NCBI GenBank assembly: GCA_043824495.1 | Contig: JBDRSV010000005.1 | Coordinates: 64,001-128,000, forward strand | From: Candidatus Aenigmatarchaeota archaeon | Lineage (GTDB): Archaea; Aenigmatarchaeota; Aenigmatarchaeia; QMZP01 | Direction: 5' to 3' | Length of the DNA: 64,000 nucleotides | Shown here: in pieces, positions 48,196 to 57,755 of the stretch | How the letters are laid out: every line of letters begins with the position of its first letter | How positions within the stretch are numbered: position 1 is the stretch's first letter | Position numbers and translations under genes: made by a program | Notes under the pieces: generated by a model | Databases searched by the model: none | What the model saw: only the letters and a program-made list of their open reading frames with translations | What the model was told of the DNA's origin: nothing

Positions 48196-48217
48196 CGAAG
48201 TTGTGAAAAGATCTTCG

Positions 48218-48293
48218 TAAGCGGATAGCATACGACGGCAGTGCACGGGCTCGATAACCCGAATGGTCGGAGGTTCAAGTCCTCCTCGCTTAC
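48218..48293 (+). tRNA. Initiator-tRNA-like gene or pseudo-tRNA with an 8-nt anticodon loop
   Basis: TAAGCGG/TCGCTTA acceptor, GCAT/GTGC D stem, CGGG-CTCGATAA-CCCG, GGAGG-TTCAAGT-CCTCC. Confidence 0.65.
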
Positions 48294-48300
48294 TGGAGAG

Positions 48301-48359
48301 GAAGATCCTGGTGAGTTATCTGTGAGGGAATTACTCTTTGCCTTCGGGACAGGATCTTC
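48301..48359 (+). other. Stem-loop closed by a perfect 10-bp inverted repeat
   Basis: gaagatcctg ... caggatcttc directly downstream of the tRNA pair. Confidence 0.6.
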
Positions 48360-48390
48360 TTTAATGTTTGAATATGAAAGGCGGACATCC

Positions 48391-48651
48391 ATGAAAAATC
48401 ATCGTACATTAAAGAGGTTGAGTGTGTGTATAATTGCATTCCTTCTACTCGCACCTCAAGTTCTTGCTACAACTGGTGGGGGAGCTGAAAGTGCATGGGA
48501 TCCCTGGGATCACGGAGATACGCTGATACTGATAGGGCTTATCATAGCCATTGGTGGAATTTGGTTTACCCCGAAGAAATGGGGTGTGGGATTGCCGATT
48601 ACTGGACTTGTTGTCGGTATAATTTTAGTGGTATTGGGTCTTGCAATCTAA
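48391..48651 (+). CDS. Small protein with signal peptide and two TM segments
   Basis: Start taken at MKNHRT (48391); the track's longer ORF runs across the tRNA-like gene. Confidence 0.6.
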   Translation: MKNHRTLKRLSVCIIAFLLLAPQVLATTGGGAESAWDPWDHGDTLILIGLIIAIGGIWFTPKKWGVGLPITGLVVGIILVVLGLAI

Positions 48652-48862
48652 CCTCGACCATGGGAGAGTCGTAATGTGTATTGATACACCGAACGGCGGC
48701 AAAGATGATCTCGGTTTCTGGGAAAGCCTCCCACTCTTGCCTCTGGTCCTCTTCGCGATATTGTGGGGAAATTTCAGGAGGAGGTGGTATTTCTGGATTC
48801 CTGGATTAGGGGTGATCGCATTTGCGATCTGGTGGTTTCTGCTAAGGGGGAGACATGTCTAA
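48641..48862 (+). CDS. Small two-TM protein
   Basis: Hydrophobic, Trp-rich; the real start may be internal. Confidence 0.5.
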   Translation: MQSNLDHGRVVMCIDTPNGGKDDLGFWESLPLLPLVLFAILWGNFRRRWYFWIPGLGVIAFAIWWFLLRGRHV

Positions 48863-48927
48863 ACGTAACGAGAATCCTCCCTTTGAAACACTCAGGTTCG
48901 TTTTCGTTGTTCTTTTCCTGGCTATAG

Positions 48928-48956
48928 AAGGCCACCTAAGGAAGTGGTGGCCTCTC
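48928..48956 (+). terminator. GC-rich hairpin (aggccacc...ggtggcct)
   Basis: 8-bp inverted repeat downstream of the small ORFs. Confidence 0.5.
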
Positions 48957-49104
48957 TGGATATTTGGAGGGTTCGTTTTGACATTGGTCACTTGGAGATT
49001 GCGGAGGAGGAAGCGCCGTGCCTAAGCAAACTGTGACGATAACCATAAACCTCGAAGAATCAGATTAAGGGTAAAGTGGGTGGGAGAAAACATGGAGGTG
49101 TGGG

Positions 49105-49407
49105 ATGAATCCGTTCTTGATTGTAGTTGGTTTCCTGTTGGTAATTGTCGCGGGAATCTGCGCACGCAGAAAAGACGACCATTTTTGCATTTACGTCTAC
49201 GTGATGAGCCTTGCTGGAGTTGCGATTGCTGTTACCGGCATGGTCATTATGGAGATGCAATCTCCTGGTACAATTGAAGTCAGCATGAATTTCATAGGTC
49301 CTTTCCTATTCCCAAGTACAATCTCAATCCGCCACTTCTGGGTTGATTCCTGGAGACGACGGCAGCAAAGTATGAGCAGGGTACGATGGTTAAAAAGGAA
49401 AGAATGA
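49105..49407 (+). CDS. Small membrane protein
   Basis: GGAGG Shine-Dalgarno upstream; 2-3 TM segments. Confidence 0.5.
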   Translation: MNPFLIVVGFLLVIVAGICARRKDDHFCIYVYVMSLAGVAIAVTGMVIMEMQSPGTIEVSMNFIGPFLFPSTISIRHFWVDSWRRRQQSMSRVRWLKRKE

Positions 49408-49508
49408 CAGAGGCTAAGTTTCAGGCTTCTGTTTATATTGTCTAATTAAAGGGATATAGAAGAGCAAGAAAAAAATCTGAAGAATCATAAAAACAAAAAA
49501 GAAGGGAT

Positions 49509-49937
49509 TTATTCTCCGATTAAATCTTCTTCTACTTTGCCTAAATCCCTTTCAAGTCTACCGATATCTTTCTTCATTGCGTCTAAGTGTGCAAGAATTC
49601 TATTCTTTTCCTTTCCAAAGTTCTCAAGATCTTCGTAAATTCTTGTTCCTTCCTTGAACTCATTCAAGTTCATGACTACATAAGGGAACTTGTTCATCTC
49701 TTTTGCAACATTAGTGCACATTCTCTCGAGCCACTTATTCATTGCAACCTTGACTTCCTTTCTGATCATTTTTTCTTTATCTAATCTCTTCTTCATGACC
49801 CTTACAATTGCCGCTGTAGGAAACGCAAGCTTCTCTTTTGCATCAAGATCTTCATCATCTTCTTCGACTTCTAGTACTTTTGCTTCTATTTCTTCAGTTT
49901 CTTCTTTTACTTCTGCCTTTATTTCTTCCTTTGTCAT
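49509..49937 (-). CDS. Histone-fold protein (NF-YB/HAP3-like) with acidic N-tail and coiled-coil C-terminus
   Basis: LAFPTAAIVRVMKKRLDKEKMIRKEVKVAMNKWL resembles histone-fold helix 1-loop 1-helix 2. Confidence 0.7.
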   Translation of the reverse strand: MTKEEIKAEVKEETEEIEAKVLEVEEDDEDLDAKEKLAFPTAAIVRVMKKRLDKEKMIRKEVKVAMNKWLERMCTNVAKEMNKFPYVVMNLNEFKEGTRIYEDLENFGKEKNRILAHLDAMKKDIGRLERDLGKVEEDLIGE

Positions 49938-50021
49938 AATAACTCTCCTTTAAATTGGTTTTATAATCTTAGTATAGTTTTTTAAGTTAAATATTTAACG
50001 GTTGGAGTGTAATAGAGTGTT

Positions 50022-51224
50022 ATGATACCGTTGGATTACGAAACACTGAATATAGTTTCTATTGTTGCCTTCATAGTTATAGTCGCTTTACTTGTGTTAA
50101 AGGACAGGAAAAAATTCCAAAGAGACGCAGTGCTTCTTGTTAGAAGAACACAGAGAGGAAAGGAATTGATAATAAGACTAGGAAGAAGTCATCCTACATT
50201 CTTTAGACGCCTAGGAAACATAGGAGTAGTTATAGGTTTCATAGCTTCCATTATTACAATTATACTGCTAATACAAAATCTAGCCATGATAGCAACATCA
50301 ACAGCTGATATACCAGGAGCAGCTTTAGTTTTACCTACTATATCAACTCAAGCAAGTATAGGTCCTGGATATTTTGCAGTGCCGTTCTGGTATTGGATAA
50401 TATCAATTGCATTACTGATTTTAGTTCATGAAGGGTTCCATGGTGTATTTTTCGCGCGTGAGAAGTTGCGTATCAAGTCCATGGGAGTTGGATTACTTGT
50501 AATTCTACCTCTAGCTTTCGTAGAAGAAGATAGAAAAGAATTCGAAAAATTAAAGCCAATGCAGAGATTGAGAATCTTAGCAGCTGGGTCCTTTGCTAAT
50601 TTCATGTTGGCTGGTTTGGCTTTCTTGGTTCTTAGCGTTGCTTTCGCTGGAGCATTTGTTTCGTCTGGCGTTTCTTACAGTGGTTTAATTGAAGGATACC
50701 CGGCACATGACATGAACTTAACAGGTGTGATAGTTCAAATAGATCATTTTGAAATAAGAACATCAGCTGATCTAAGCGCAGCTTTAGAACAGCTAGGCGT
50801 TGGACAGACAATTGATATTTACACAGAAGTCAGAAACAGTTATGGCATAGAAGAAAAGACATATTCACTTACTACAGTGCAGTCGCCTTTTGTTGACACA
50901 CCTGGGGTTAACCCAGATAAAGGATTCATAGGAATAATTGGAATTGGAGAAACGGAATCTATCGCTCCTGGATTAGAAGATTACGAGGCTGCAATTTTCT
51001 TCACTAGAGGTCTGGTAATATTCATATTCTTGCTAAACTTGTTCGTAGGTATGTTCAATGTATTGCCTCTTCCTATATTGGATGGAGGACAGATGTGGAA
51101 CATCTTGTTCAAGAAGATTGCCCCTAAGGGATACAAATTAATCACAAAAACAGTTTACTGGATTATATTCCTTCTAATAGTAGCATTGTTTGTATTGCCA
51201 ATATTGAAGCCATTCCTACTTTAA
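50022..51224 (+). CDS. Site-2 protease (M50)
   Basis: LVHEGFHG, ILAAGSFAN, FNVLPLPILDGG. Confidence 0.93.
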   Translation: MIPLDYETLNIVSIVAFIVIVALLVLKDRKKFQRDAVLLVRRTQRGKELIIRLGRSHPTFFRRLGNIGVVIGFIASIITIILLIQNLAMIATSTADIPGAALVLPTISTQASIGPGYFAVPFWYWIISIALLILVHEGFHGVFFAREKLRIKSMGVGLLVILPLAFVEEDRKEFEKLKPMQRLRILAAGSFANFMLAGLAFLVLSVAFAGAFVSSGVSYSGLIEGYPAHDMNLTGVIVQIDHFEIRTSADLSAALEQLGVGQTIDIYTEVRNSYGIEEKTYSLTTVQSPFVDTPGVNPDKGFIGIIGIGETESIAPGLEDYEAAIFFTRGLVIFIFLLNLFVGMFNVLPLPILDGGQMWNILFKKIAPKGYKLITKTVYWIIFLLIVALFVLPILKPFLL

Positions 51225-51242
51225 TAGGTAAAAATACCAAAT

Positions 51243-52370
51243 ATGATTATGCGAAAGAGGAGGGGTATTACACCCATTATAGCTATAATTATTCTATTAC
51301 TGATCACAGTTGCTTTAGGCGGAACAGCATGGACATACATGTCTGGTATGGTTGATATATACACACAGAATTCAATAGAAATATCACAATCCAATGCATT
51401 TTGTAATAATAATGTAGTTAATGTTCTAGTAAGAAATATGGGAACAGCTCCCGTACAGCTAACAACAACCCCTGTCCCATTCCAAGAATATGCTCCAGAT
51501 GATAATACAGTATTACTTTATCATTTCAATGAGAATGCAGGAACAAGTACTGTAGATTCTTCAACAAGTGGAAATGACGGAATTCTTGAAGGCACAACAT
51601 TACCTGCGTGGTCTCCTGGTGTCTTTGGTAGCTCACTTCGATTTCCAGGTCACCCTACCCAAAGTGATGTTCGTAATGGTAGCTTTGCTGATGGTGCAAC
51701 AAATGTGCCTTCAGGGGATAACCCAATAACTTATGAGGCTTGGGTGTTTTTGTATGAATATCAAACGGACATAATTTCTATACCTGGAGCTACTGTTGTA
51801 GGATATGATTATTTTCAGCCAACAGCATTAACAATAGAAAATGATAAGCTTCTTTTTGTCACATATGATGGTGGTTTAAATTTAATTAATTATTCGCATT
51901 CAAGACCACTAGAATTAGAAAAGTGGTATCATGTAGCTGGGAGTTATGTTCCTGGAGCAACACCTGTAGTTAGGTTGTACGTGAACGGAGAAATGGAAGA
52001 GTTTACTGCAATTAACATCCCTATTGCTCCAAATTATCATATAGTATCTGTTGGAAGTTTACTTGCTACTGGATCACCAGTTTATACTATTAATGCAACC
52101 ATAGATGAAGTCAGAATATCCAATATAACAAGAACATTCTCAGGTTCTGAGTTTGTTGCGGCATGCGATTATTTAGGTTCTGCATTTGATTGTGGTGGGT
52201 TGAAAATAGAAAGAGTAAAAGGAACTCATGTTTATCCATTCCCATATCTTGATAGCAATGTATTGGACACTGGAGATTCTGTCAGGATAAGAGATAATTG
52301 TCAAGGTAAGTGCGAATACGTAGTTACATCTGGTGGAGTAGCAAAGGAAATTAATTTGGATTGTTTCTAG
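51243..52370 (+). CDS. Archaeal type IV pilin-like protein with LamG domain
   Basis: RRG/ITPIIAIIILLLITVA class III signal; LLYHFNENAG, ITYEAWV, WYHVAGSY, RLYVNG, IDEVRISN. Confidence 0.88.
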   Translation: MIMRKRRGITPIIAIIILLLITVALGGTAWTYMSGMVDIYTQNSIEISQSNAFCNNNVVNVLVRNMGTAPVQLTTTPVPFQEYAPDDNTVLLYHFNENAGTSTVDSSTSGNDGILEGTTLPAWSPGVFGSSLRFPGHPTQSDVRNGSFADGATNVPSGDNPITYEAWVFLYEYQTDIISIPGATVVGYDYFQPTALTIENDKLLFVTYDGGLNLINYSHSRPLELEKWYHVAGSYVPGATPVVRLYVNGEMEEFTAINIPIAPNYHIVSVGSLLATGSPVYTINATIDEVRISNITRTFSGSEFVAACDYLGSAFDCGGLKIERVKGTHVYPFPYLDSNVLDTGDSVRIRDNCQGKCEYVVTSGGVAKEINLDCF

Positions 52371-52487
52371 ACTAGGCGTGCTGAAGTGAGAGTTAAACTC
52401 GGACTTTTATAGAAACCTTTTTAAATACCCTAGATACTATATTAATTCAACCCGGCCGTTAGTGTCGAATAGAACTGGGAGTTAGTT

Positions 52488-53093
52488 ATGGCAAATTTCA
52501 AAATCGTGATATCAGATCCAAAGAGCAAAAAAGCTTATCAGAAAGAAGTAGATCAAACACAATCTGGTTTTGTAGGAAAGAAAATTGGCGAAAAAATATC
52601 TGGAAATTTTGTTGGACTTACTGGATATACTCTTGAAATAAGAGGTGGTTCTGACTCAGAAGGTTTTCCAATGAGAACTGATGTAGAAGGAACAGCAAGA
52701 AAGAAAATTTTGATTGCTTTACCACCTGGTTTTCACCCAAAAATAAAGGGAGTTAGAAAGAGAAAATCAATAAGAGGAAACACAATCTCTACAGGAATTT
52801 CCCAAATAAATGTGAAAGTTGTTGAAAAAGGACCAAAGAGTATAGAAGAACTTCTCGGAGTAAAAGCTGAAAAGAAGGAAGAAAAAAAGAAAGAAGAAAC
52901 ACCTTCAGAAAAGCCAGCTGAGAAGAAAGAAGAGAAGCCAGTAGAAAAGCCTGCAGAAAAGAAAGAAGAAGTAAAGCCAACATCAACAGAAGAAAAGAAA
53001 CCAGAAACACAAGAAAAAGCTGAATCAAAAATGGGCGTAAAATCACTTGAAGAAGTAGAAGAAAAAGCTGAAAAGAAAGAAGAAAAGAAGTGA
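52488..53093 (+). CDS. rps6e: 30S ribosomal protein S6e with a long Lys/Glu-rich tail
   Basis: FKIVISDPK, LEIRGGSDSEGFPMR, RKRKSIRGN, QINVKV. Confidence 0.97.
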   Translation: MANFKIVISDPKSKKAYQKEVDQTQSGFVGKKIGEKISGNFVGLTGYTLEIRGGSDSEGFPMRTDVEGTARKKILIALPPGFHPKIKGVRKRKSIRGNTISTGISQINVKVVEKGPKSIEELLGVKAEKKEEKKKEETPSEKPAEKKEEKPVEKPAEKKEEVKPTSTEEKKPETQEKAESKMGVKSLEEVEEKAEKKEEKK

Positions 53094-53147
53094 TTTTAAA
53101 ATCTTCTATAAAAAACGTTTGTTGTAGATCTATCTATATTTCTTAAT

Positions 53148-54215
53148 TCATAATCTAGCTACTGCAGAAGATGGGACACTCGGGATCGTTATAGTTTCAA
53201 TAGAAGTGGCATTTAGTCTATCGTCTCCGAGTTCAGTGGCTAGCCGATTTAGTTGAGATGATAAATCTCCAATTGTTTTGTATCTGATAGCATCAATAGT
53301 TTGAACAAGTTCTGCCATGGGGTATTGTAAGGTATTTACTGGATCTCGTTTTACTCTATATTCGGATATATCTACTCTTTCTGGTTCCCTTTTTTGTTTA
53401 AGTTCTTCTCTAAGTGATGCTATTTGTCTTAACTCTTCTCTAAGTTCAGTTATTCTTGCTGCATCATCTGAAGGAGCTGAAACTGCTGGTGTAATAATTT
53501 CTGTGGGCTTTACTACAGGTTTTGCTATAGTTTTTTGAATTGTAGGTTGTGGTACTACTATAGGTGTGGGTTTTCTTAATTTTCGTTTTCCAGGATCATA
53601 CCCATGATGTATCACAAGTTCAGTGTTTTTACCGGATCTATTAATAGTAACGTATCGGTATCTAATTCTTGACATGAGTTCACGTGTGTCGTCTGTTGGT
53701 GTAATTTTAACTAATTTAGGATGTCTAATTATACCCAACTCGCTATCCAGTTCTTTCATTATATATGCTCTGGTACTCATTCTCCTATAATCACTCGTGC
53801 TGGTAAGCTGAGTTCTTGATTCACGTGGATTAATATCTGCTGTAGCTCCTATAGGTGTCTCAATACGATCGTCATAATCACCAATTTTTGGCCCAGTATA
53901 TCCTTCACGACGTTGCATATAATTACGATGTGTTGGGACAGATCTCATCATACTCCTTAAATGCAGCAACATTTCATATCTACTCAGCGGCACTACGTTC
54001 TCTCCAGGTAAAGGATTGCAATCTAAAAATTTCTGTATGTGTTCATCAACATCAACTAGACTAGCTTCCACCGCTTCTGCTGATAATTCCCATAATTTAG
54101 GATAACGGTCAGAACTTGATCCTCTGTCTATAGCTGTAACCTGGATAGTGCTATCTGGTAAGAATTTAATTGAATAATCATGCATTGGAAGGGTATTTAT
54201 AGGTGCTCTTTTCAT
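53148..54215 (-). CDS. Hypothetical protein with C-terminal coiled coil
   Basis: 355-aa open frame; no family recognised. Confidence 0.65.
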   Translation of the reverse strand: MKRAPINTLPMHDYSIKFLPDSTIQVTAIDRGSSSDRYPKLWELSAEAVEASLVDVDEHIQKFLDCNPLPGENVVPLSRYEMLLHLRSMMRSVPTHRNYMQRREGYTGPKIGDYDDRIETPIGATADINPRESRTQLTSTSDYRRMSTRAYIMKELDSELGIIRHPKLVKITPTDDTRELMSRIRYRYVTINRSGKNTELVIHHGYDPGKRKLRKPTPIVVPQPTIQKTIAKPVVKPTEIITPAVSAPSDDAARITELREELRQIASLREELKQKREPERVDISEYRVKRDPVNTLQYPMAELVQTIDAIRYKTIGDLSSQLNRLATELGDDRLNATSIETITIPSVPSSAVARL

Positions 54216-54371
54216 GTTTTTCCTTATCTTATATTATTAGGTAATAACATTTTTATTAGTTTTTGAAAAATTATTTTTTTAGATTTATCAAAATTAGATT
54301 AAGTCAACTAAATTTTATAAAAGTAATTAGTTCTCTATGCAATATAATATATACTTTACGAAACTAAAAAA

Positions 54372-54515
54372 TTATTCCCAGCAGAGACTCCACCAGCTAC
54401 ATTTATGTCCTTTGAATTTAGAAATACAGCACGATTTGCAGATTCTTGCGAGGCGTGGATTATGTGTCTCACATTTTTTTAGAGTTTTATCTTCAGTACA
54501 ATCATGACAAGCCAT
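54372..54515 (-). CDS. 47-aa Cys/His-rich microprotein; not in the ORF track
   Basis: MACHDCTEDKTLKKCETHNPRLARICKSCCISKFKGHKCSWWSLCWE (8 Cys, 3 His). Confidence 0.6.
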   Translation of the reverse strand: MACHDCTEDKTLKKCETHNPRLARICKSCCISKFKGHKCSWWSLCWE

Positions 54516-54979
54516 ATAATCGTTCCTTTAGCATGTATTACTCAACCTCGTTTATAAGGAACTCCTAAAGAATAATTTTTATAAAAATATTTTTTTATTT
54601 GTCTCATGCTGGTTTTTGTCTAAATATTTTGAAAAATAGAGGTTTGTTAAGGTATTTATTTTTAACTATTATCAAATAGTTATAACATTTCATTGAATCA
54701 TACTCTCTACCAAATAAATAAAATTTACATATAACTCCAATTCAAGCACAGCTTGTTTTTGGTAACATCCTCATGGAGTCATGTGTGATATACACTTGCT
54801 AAATTGTCTCATATAAGCGAGAAAAAGCATGATGTACAGTGGTAGAGGAACGAACGTTGAAGTCTTTTTCTGAGCACCGCTTTTAAGTCTTGGGTAGTCT
54901 TAAAATCAAGACTTTTGTTATAAACAGCTGACTTTCGAAATCTAACATAGTTTGTAAACAGGAAGCGAGGGTCTGAGTC

Positions 54980-56899
54980 ATGAGCGTTTTAGAACAGCTC
55001 CTCTTACTCATGCCAAGGGGGGAAGGGGTCTTAGAAGCAAACGCACTGGATGCTCTTTTAAACTGTCCTAAAGCATGGGCAATTTTTACCAGTGCTAAGA
55101 AGGCAGGAAGCCTTGGGGGTGAACAGCTAACTGAAATTGTAGTTGCAGTCGCGGAAAAACATAGGATTTCACCCGGTGTTCTGGAAGGAGCTTTGGATGA
55201 TCTTCTTGGAATCCGTGCCTGTCTACTACACACATCAAAGCATCCGACTCTAGGGTATGTATTACCAACGGATGCTGCACTAGTAGAAGATGCTGGAGAG
55301 ACAACTGGATCACTGGTTGGTGTAGATGGGTCCGACGACGAAACATTACCTATCGACTTGTTTGATGGAGTGTATAAGACTCTCCTCGCCCAGTTCGATT
55401 CGGCAGGACATCTGAAGCAATGGCTCGATGGAATCTTCAAACGAGGAGAGCACGACTATGGAAGAGTGGTCACGGTTATGCTTGATGAGTACGGGGTCCA
55501 ACTCATGGAAGCCATCAAGCAACTCGGTCACACTCTTTCAACTCGTCATGATCATTCCCTGGAGGACAATGATCCCTTGTGGGCCGGTGCTGTGGAATAT
55601 TGGCTCACGAGCGATAAATATCTCGAGGGTGTTCCGCTTCCTGACGATGAAGCAGGACAGCTCAAACCTACTGTTGGATTCAAGGGGAGTAAGATCAGAC
55701 AGTTCTGCGCTCTTGATCGGTTCCCAACCAATTCTGCGGCCAAGGAGGAGTTCCTCAGACTCTTGGCCGCGTGTGGGGGAAGCCTTGAGAAGTTACGTAA
55801 GCAGCTACCCTCAGAAGTTCCTGAAGTCTTCTCTGGTGTTCCAGCATGGACAACTGTGGATGGTATGAAGAGGGGATTCGAGAACAAGAGTGACTTCCCA
55901 GATGACGGCTCAAACGGCGGTATCGGCGGCGCAGGTAACAATCCTGGTGGAGCAGATCCTGGCGGCGATCCGGATTACGATGCGATGTATACATCCTTCT
56001 TGACATGCTTTGCATCAGCATCTCACGCCAAGAAATCGGTGATGGATCTCCTACGGGACGAATGCGGTGGCGATGACTTTGCAAGACTCGCTACCATACT
56101 CTACGAACGATTTACAAATTCAAGAAAGAAACCGTTCGGAGATAGTCTTCTACCACCAGATGTCATGCAGGACTGGGTGGAGAACAAGGAGAAGCTCGCC
56201 GGCGTTGAAGATCTCGATGACGACGGAGCTGGCGACAAGAAGAACGGTGGTGATTCTGCTGATGAACTCTCGGATGAGGATGTGTTCCCACCTCACGATC
56301 CTGAGACATTCGACCGTGACGAACTTACTTATCCCGAGAAAGCTATGTGGAGATTCATATGCCACTGTGGCGGACCTAAGAGAGCGCATCATATTCTCTT
56401 TGACTTAGTTTCCGAACATGGTGGAAATTGGGACTCTGTTTTGAAAGCTCTCAGGGAGTCTAGACCGAGTGTCTTCAGGGCGCTACGTAACCAAGGAAGC
56501 ACAATTACTGGACAACATCTTATAGTCTGGGATCAGAAAATACAGAATAATAATCCAGATGAGATGCCACCAGAGTACCACAATCTATCCGACATACATC
56601 AGCTACTGTCTACAGTGACTGTGAATAAGTTGGATGATATTCTCAATACAGAAGACATCGATGGTGTTCAGTTCTTGAGAAAACTCACTGACGAAATCAC
56701 ATCAATTGAAGTTCAACTGGAGGACGATTTTCAGAACGTTTCAGATGCCTTCGATTTCCTCGAAGGTCCTGAGGAAGATGGTGCCGAAAAACAACCAGAT
56801 GAAGCTGCTGCGGAGAAACTTGGTGTAAAACTTCGGATGTATCTGGAATGTAAGAAGATTATCATCAGTGAATCAAAACCATTGGATCATGTTGTATAA
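54980..56899 (+). CDS. Acidic orphan protein with repeated helical modules (GC-elevated block)
   Basis: 639-aa ORF; N-terminal domain paralogous to 57813..58490. Confidence 0.75.
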   Translation: MSVLEQLLLLMPRGEGVLEANALDALLNCPKAWAIFTSAKKAGSLGGEQLTEIVVAVAEKHRISPGVLEGALDDLLGIRACLLHTSKHPTLGYVLPTDAALVEDAGETTGSLVGVDGSDDETLPIDLFDGVYKTLLAQFDSAGHLKQWLDGIFKRGEHDYGRVVTVMLDEYGVQLMEAIKQLGHTLSTRHDHSLEDNDPLWAGAVEYWLTSDKYLEGVPLPDDEAGQLKPTVGFKGSKIRQFCALDRFPTNSAAKEEFLRLLAACGGSLEKLRKQLPSEVPEVFSGVPAWTTVDGMKRGFENKSDFPDDGSNGGIGGAGNNPGGADPGGDPDYDAMYTSFLTCFASASHAKKSVMDLLRDECGGDDFARLATILYERFTNSRKKPFGDSLLPPDVMQDWVENKEKLAGVEDLDDDGAGDKKNGGDSADELSDEDVFPPHDPETFDRDELTYPEKAMWRFICHCGGPKRAHHILFDLVSEHGGNWDSVLKALRESRPSVFRALRNQGSTITGQHLIVWDQKIQNNNPDEMPPEYHNLSDIHQLLSTVTVNKLDDILNTEDIDGVQFLRKLTDEITSIEVQLEDDFQNVSDAFDFLEGPEEDGAEKQPDEAAAEKLGVKLRMYLECKKIIISESKPLDHVV

Positions 56900-56944
56900 C
56901 ATTCACAGTCTTTCTTCAAAGGAAGACAAGAAGAGGAGGAGAGC

Positions 56945-57700
56945 ATGCCTACGATGCTCGAATTTTCAACCGTCGCGCATGTGATTAGTGCCCTTGTGAC
57001 AAGTCCGCATGTGTCACCCATGGGAGCTGATCAAACACTCGAATGTGCATTTGAACTCGACAACGAAGGAGAAGTCTACACATTTCTCAAAACTCTGCAA
57101 GGTCTGCAGGACGGTGACATCACCGAAGAATCACTCGGTGACGGTGCCGTCGAAACACTGATGAGCATCACCACTCAGGGTACCTGCGAAAAATGCGGAG
57201 ATTGCGAGTGTACGATTGGCCTGGAGCCGAATAACCTCATGGCCATGGTCCGGCTCATCCGGGGCTTCTGCCAGCGGCACAATATCAAGTTCAACGGTCG
57301 CGAGGTTCCGCGCTGGTCAGGCACCGAGATTTCGGAAGAGATGCCGGCAGCAACTGCCGTAGACATGACCGATGACACGCCGACCGACGGCGGCATTCCG
57401 GAAACACCACCGGAGGAATTCACGTCGCTCTTCAGATTCCGTTCCGACAGTCCCCTGGGACCCTATAACACCGCACTCGAAAACGAAGGCGGAGTTGTGT
57501 GGTGGCTCTACAAGCTTTCCAGGACGCCCGGATGGACCGAGCTGGATTGGATGGACGTCGCGAAGAAGCTGAAGGAGAAGACCGCTCTCACAACATTGAG
57601 TCTCAAGGACCTGGCCGTCGCACTGGAAAAGAAGTGGTCCATCGGCAACTCGTCGGCGAAAGTGAAACTCGCAAGCACCCGCTTCGAGTGGAATGCATAG
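56945..57700 (+). CDS. Orphan protein (most GC-rich part of the block)
   Basis: GAGGAG Shine-Dalgarno; CEKCGDCEC cluster. Confidence 0.65.
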   Translation: MPTMLEFSTVAHVISALVTSPHVSPMGADQTLECAFELDNEGEVYTFLKTLQGLQDGDITEESLGDGAVETLMSITTQGTCEKCGDCECTIGLEPNNLMAMVRLIRGFCQRHNIKFNGREVPRWSGTEISEEMPAATAVDMTDDTPTDGGIPETPPEEFTSLFRFRSDSPLGPYNTALENEGGVVWWLYKLSRTPGWTELDWMDVAKKLKEKTALTTLSLKDLAVALEKKWSIGNSSAKVKLASTRFEWNA

Positions 57701-57755
57701 TCGACGCCTGAAGTACTAGACAACTTGCGCTGACAAAGATGGTTGTTCGTTCACT

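Noticed and set aside
48141-48392. 83-aa minus-strand ORF and the 48241 extension
   Set aside because: They read across tRNA genes; the translations are tRNA artefacts.
47282-49430. Element integrated at the tRNA-Leu 3' end
   Set aside because: The block lies on the 5' side of the tRNA and no duplicated tRNA end was found.
52448-52478. Hairpin or kink-turn in the rps6e leader
   Set aside because: Only a weak 5-bp plus 3-bp pairing; the kink-turn geometry is not met.
52830-53090. Tandem DNA repeat in the rps6e tail
   Set aside because: Low-complexity EEKK/KPAEKKEE coding, not an independent repeat element.
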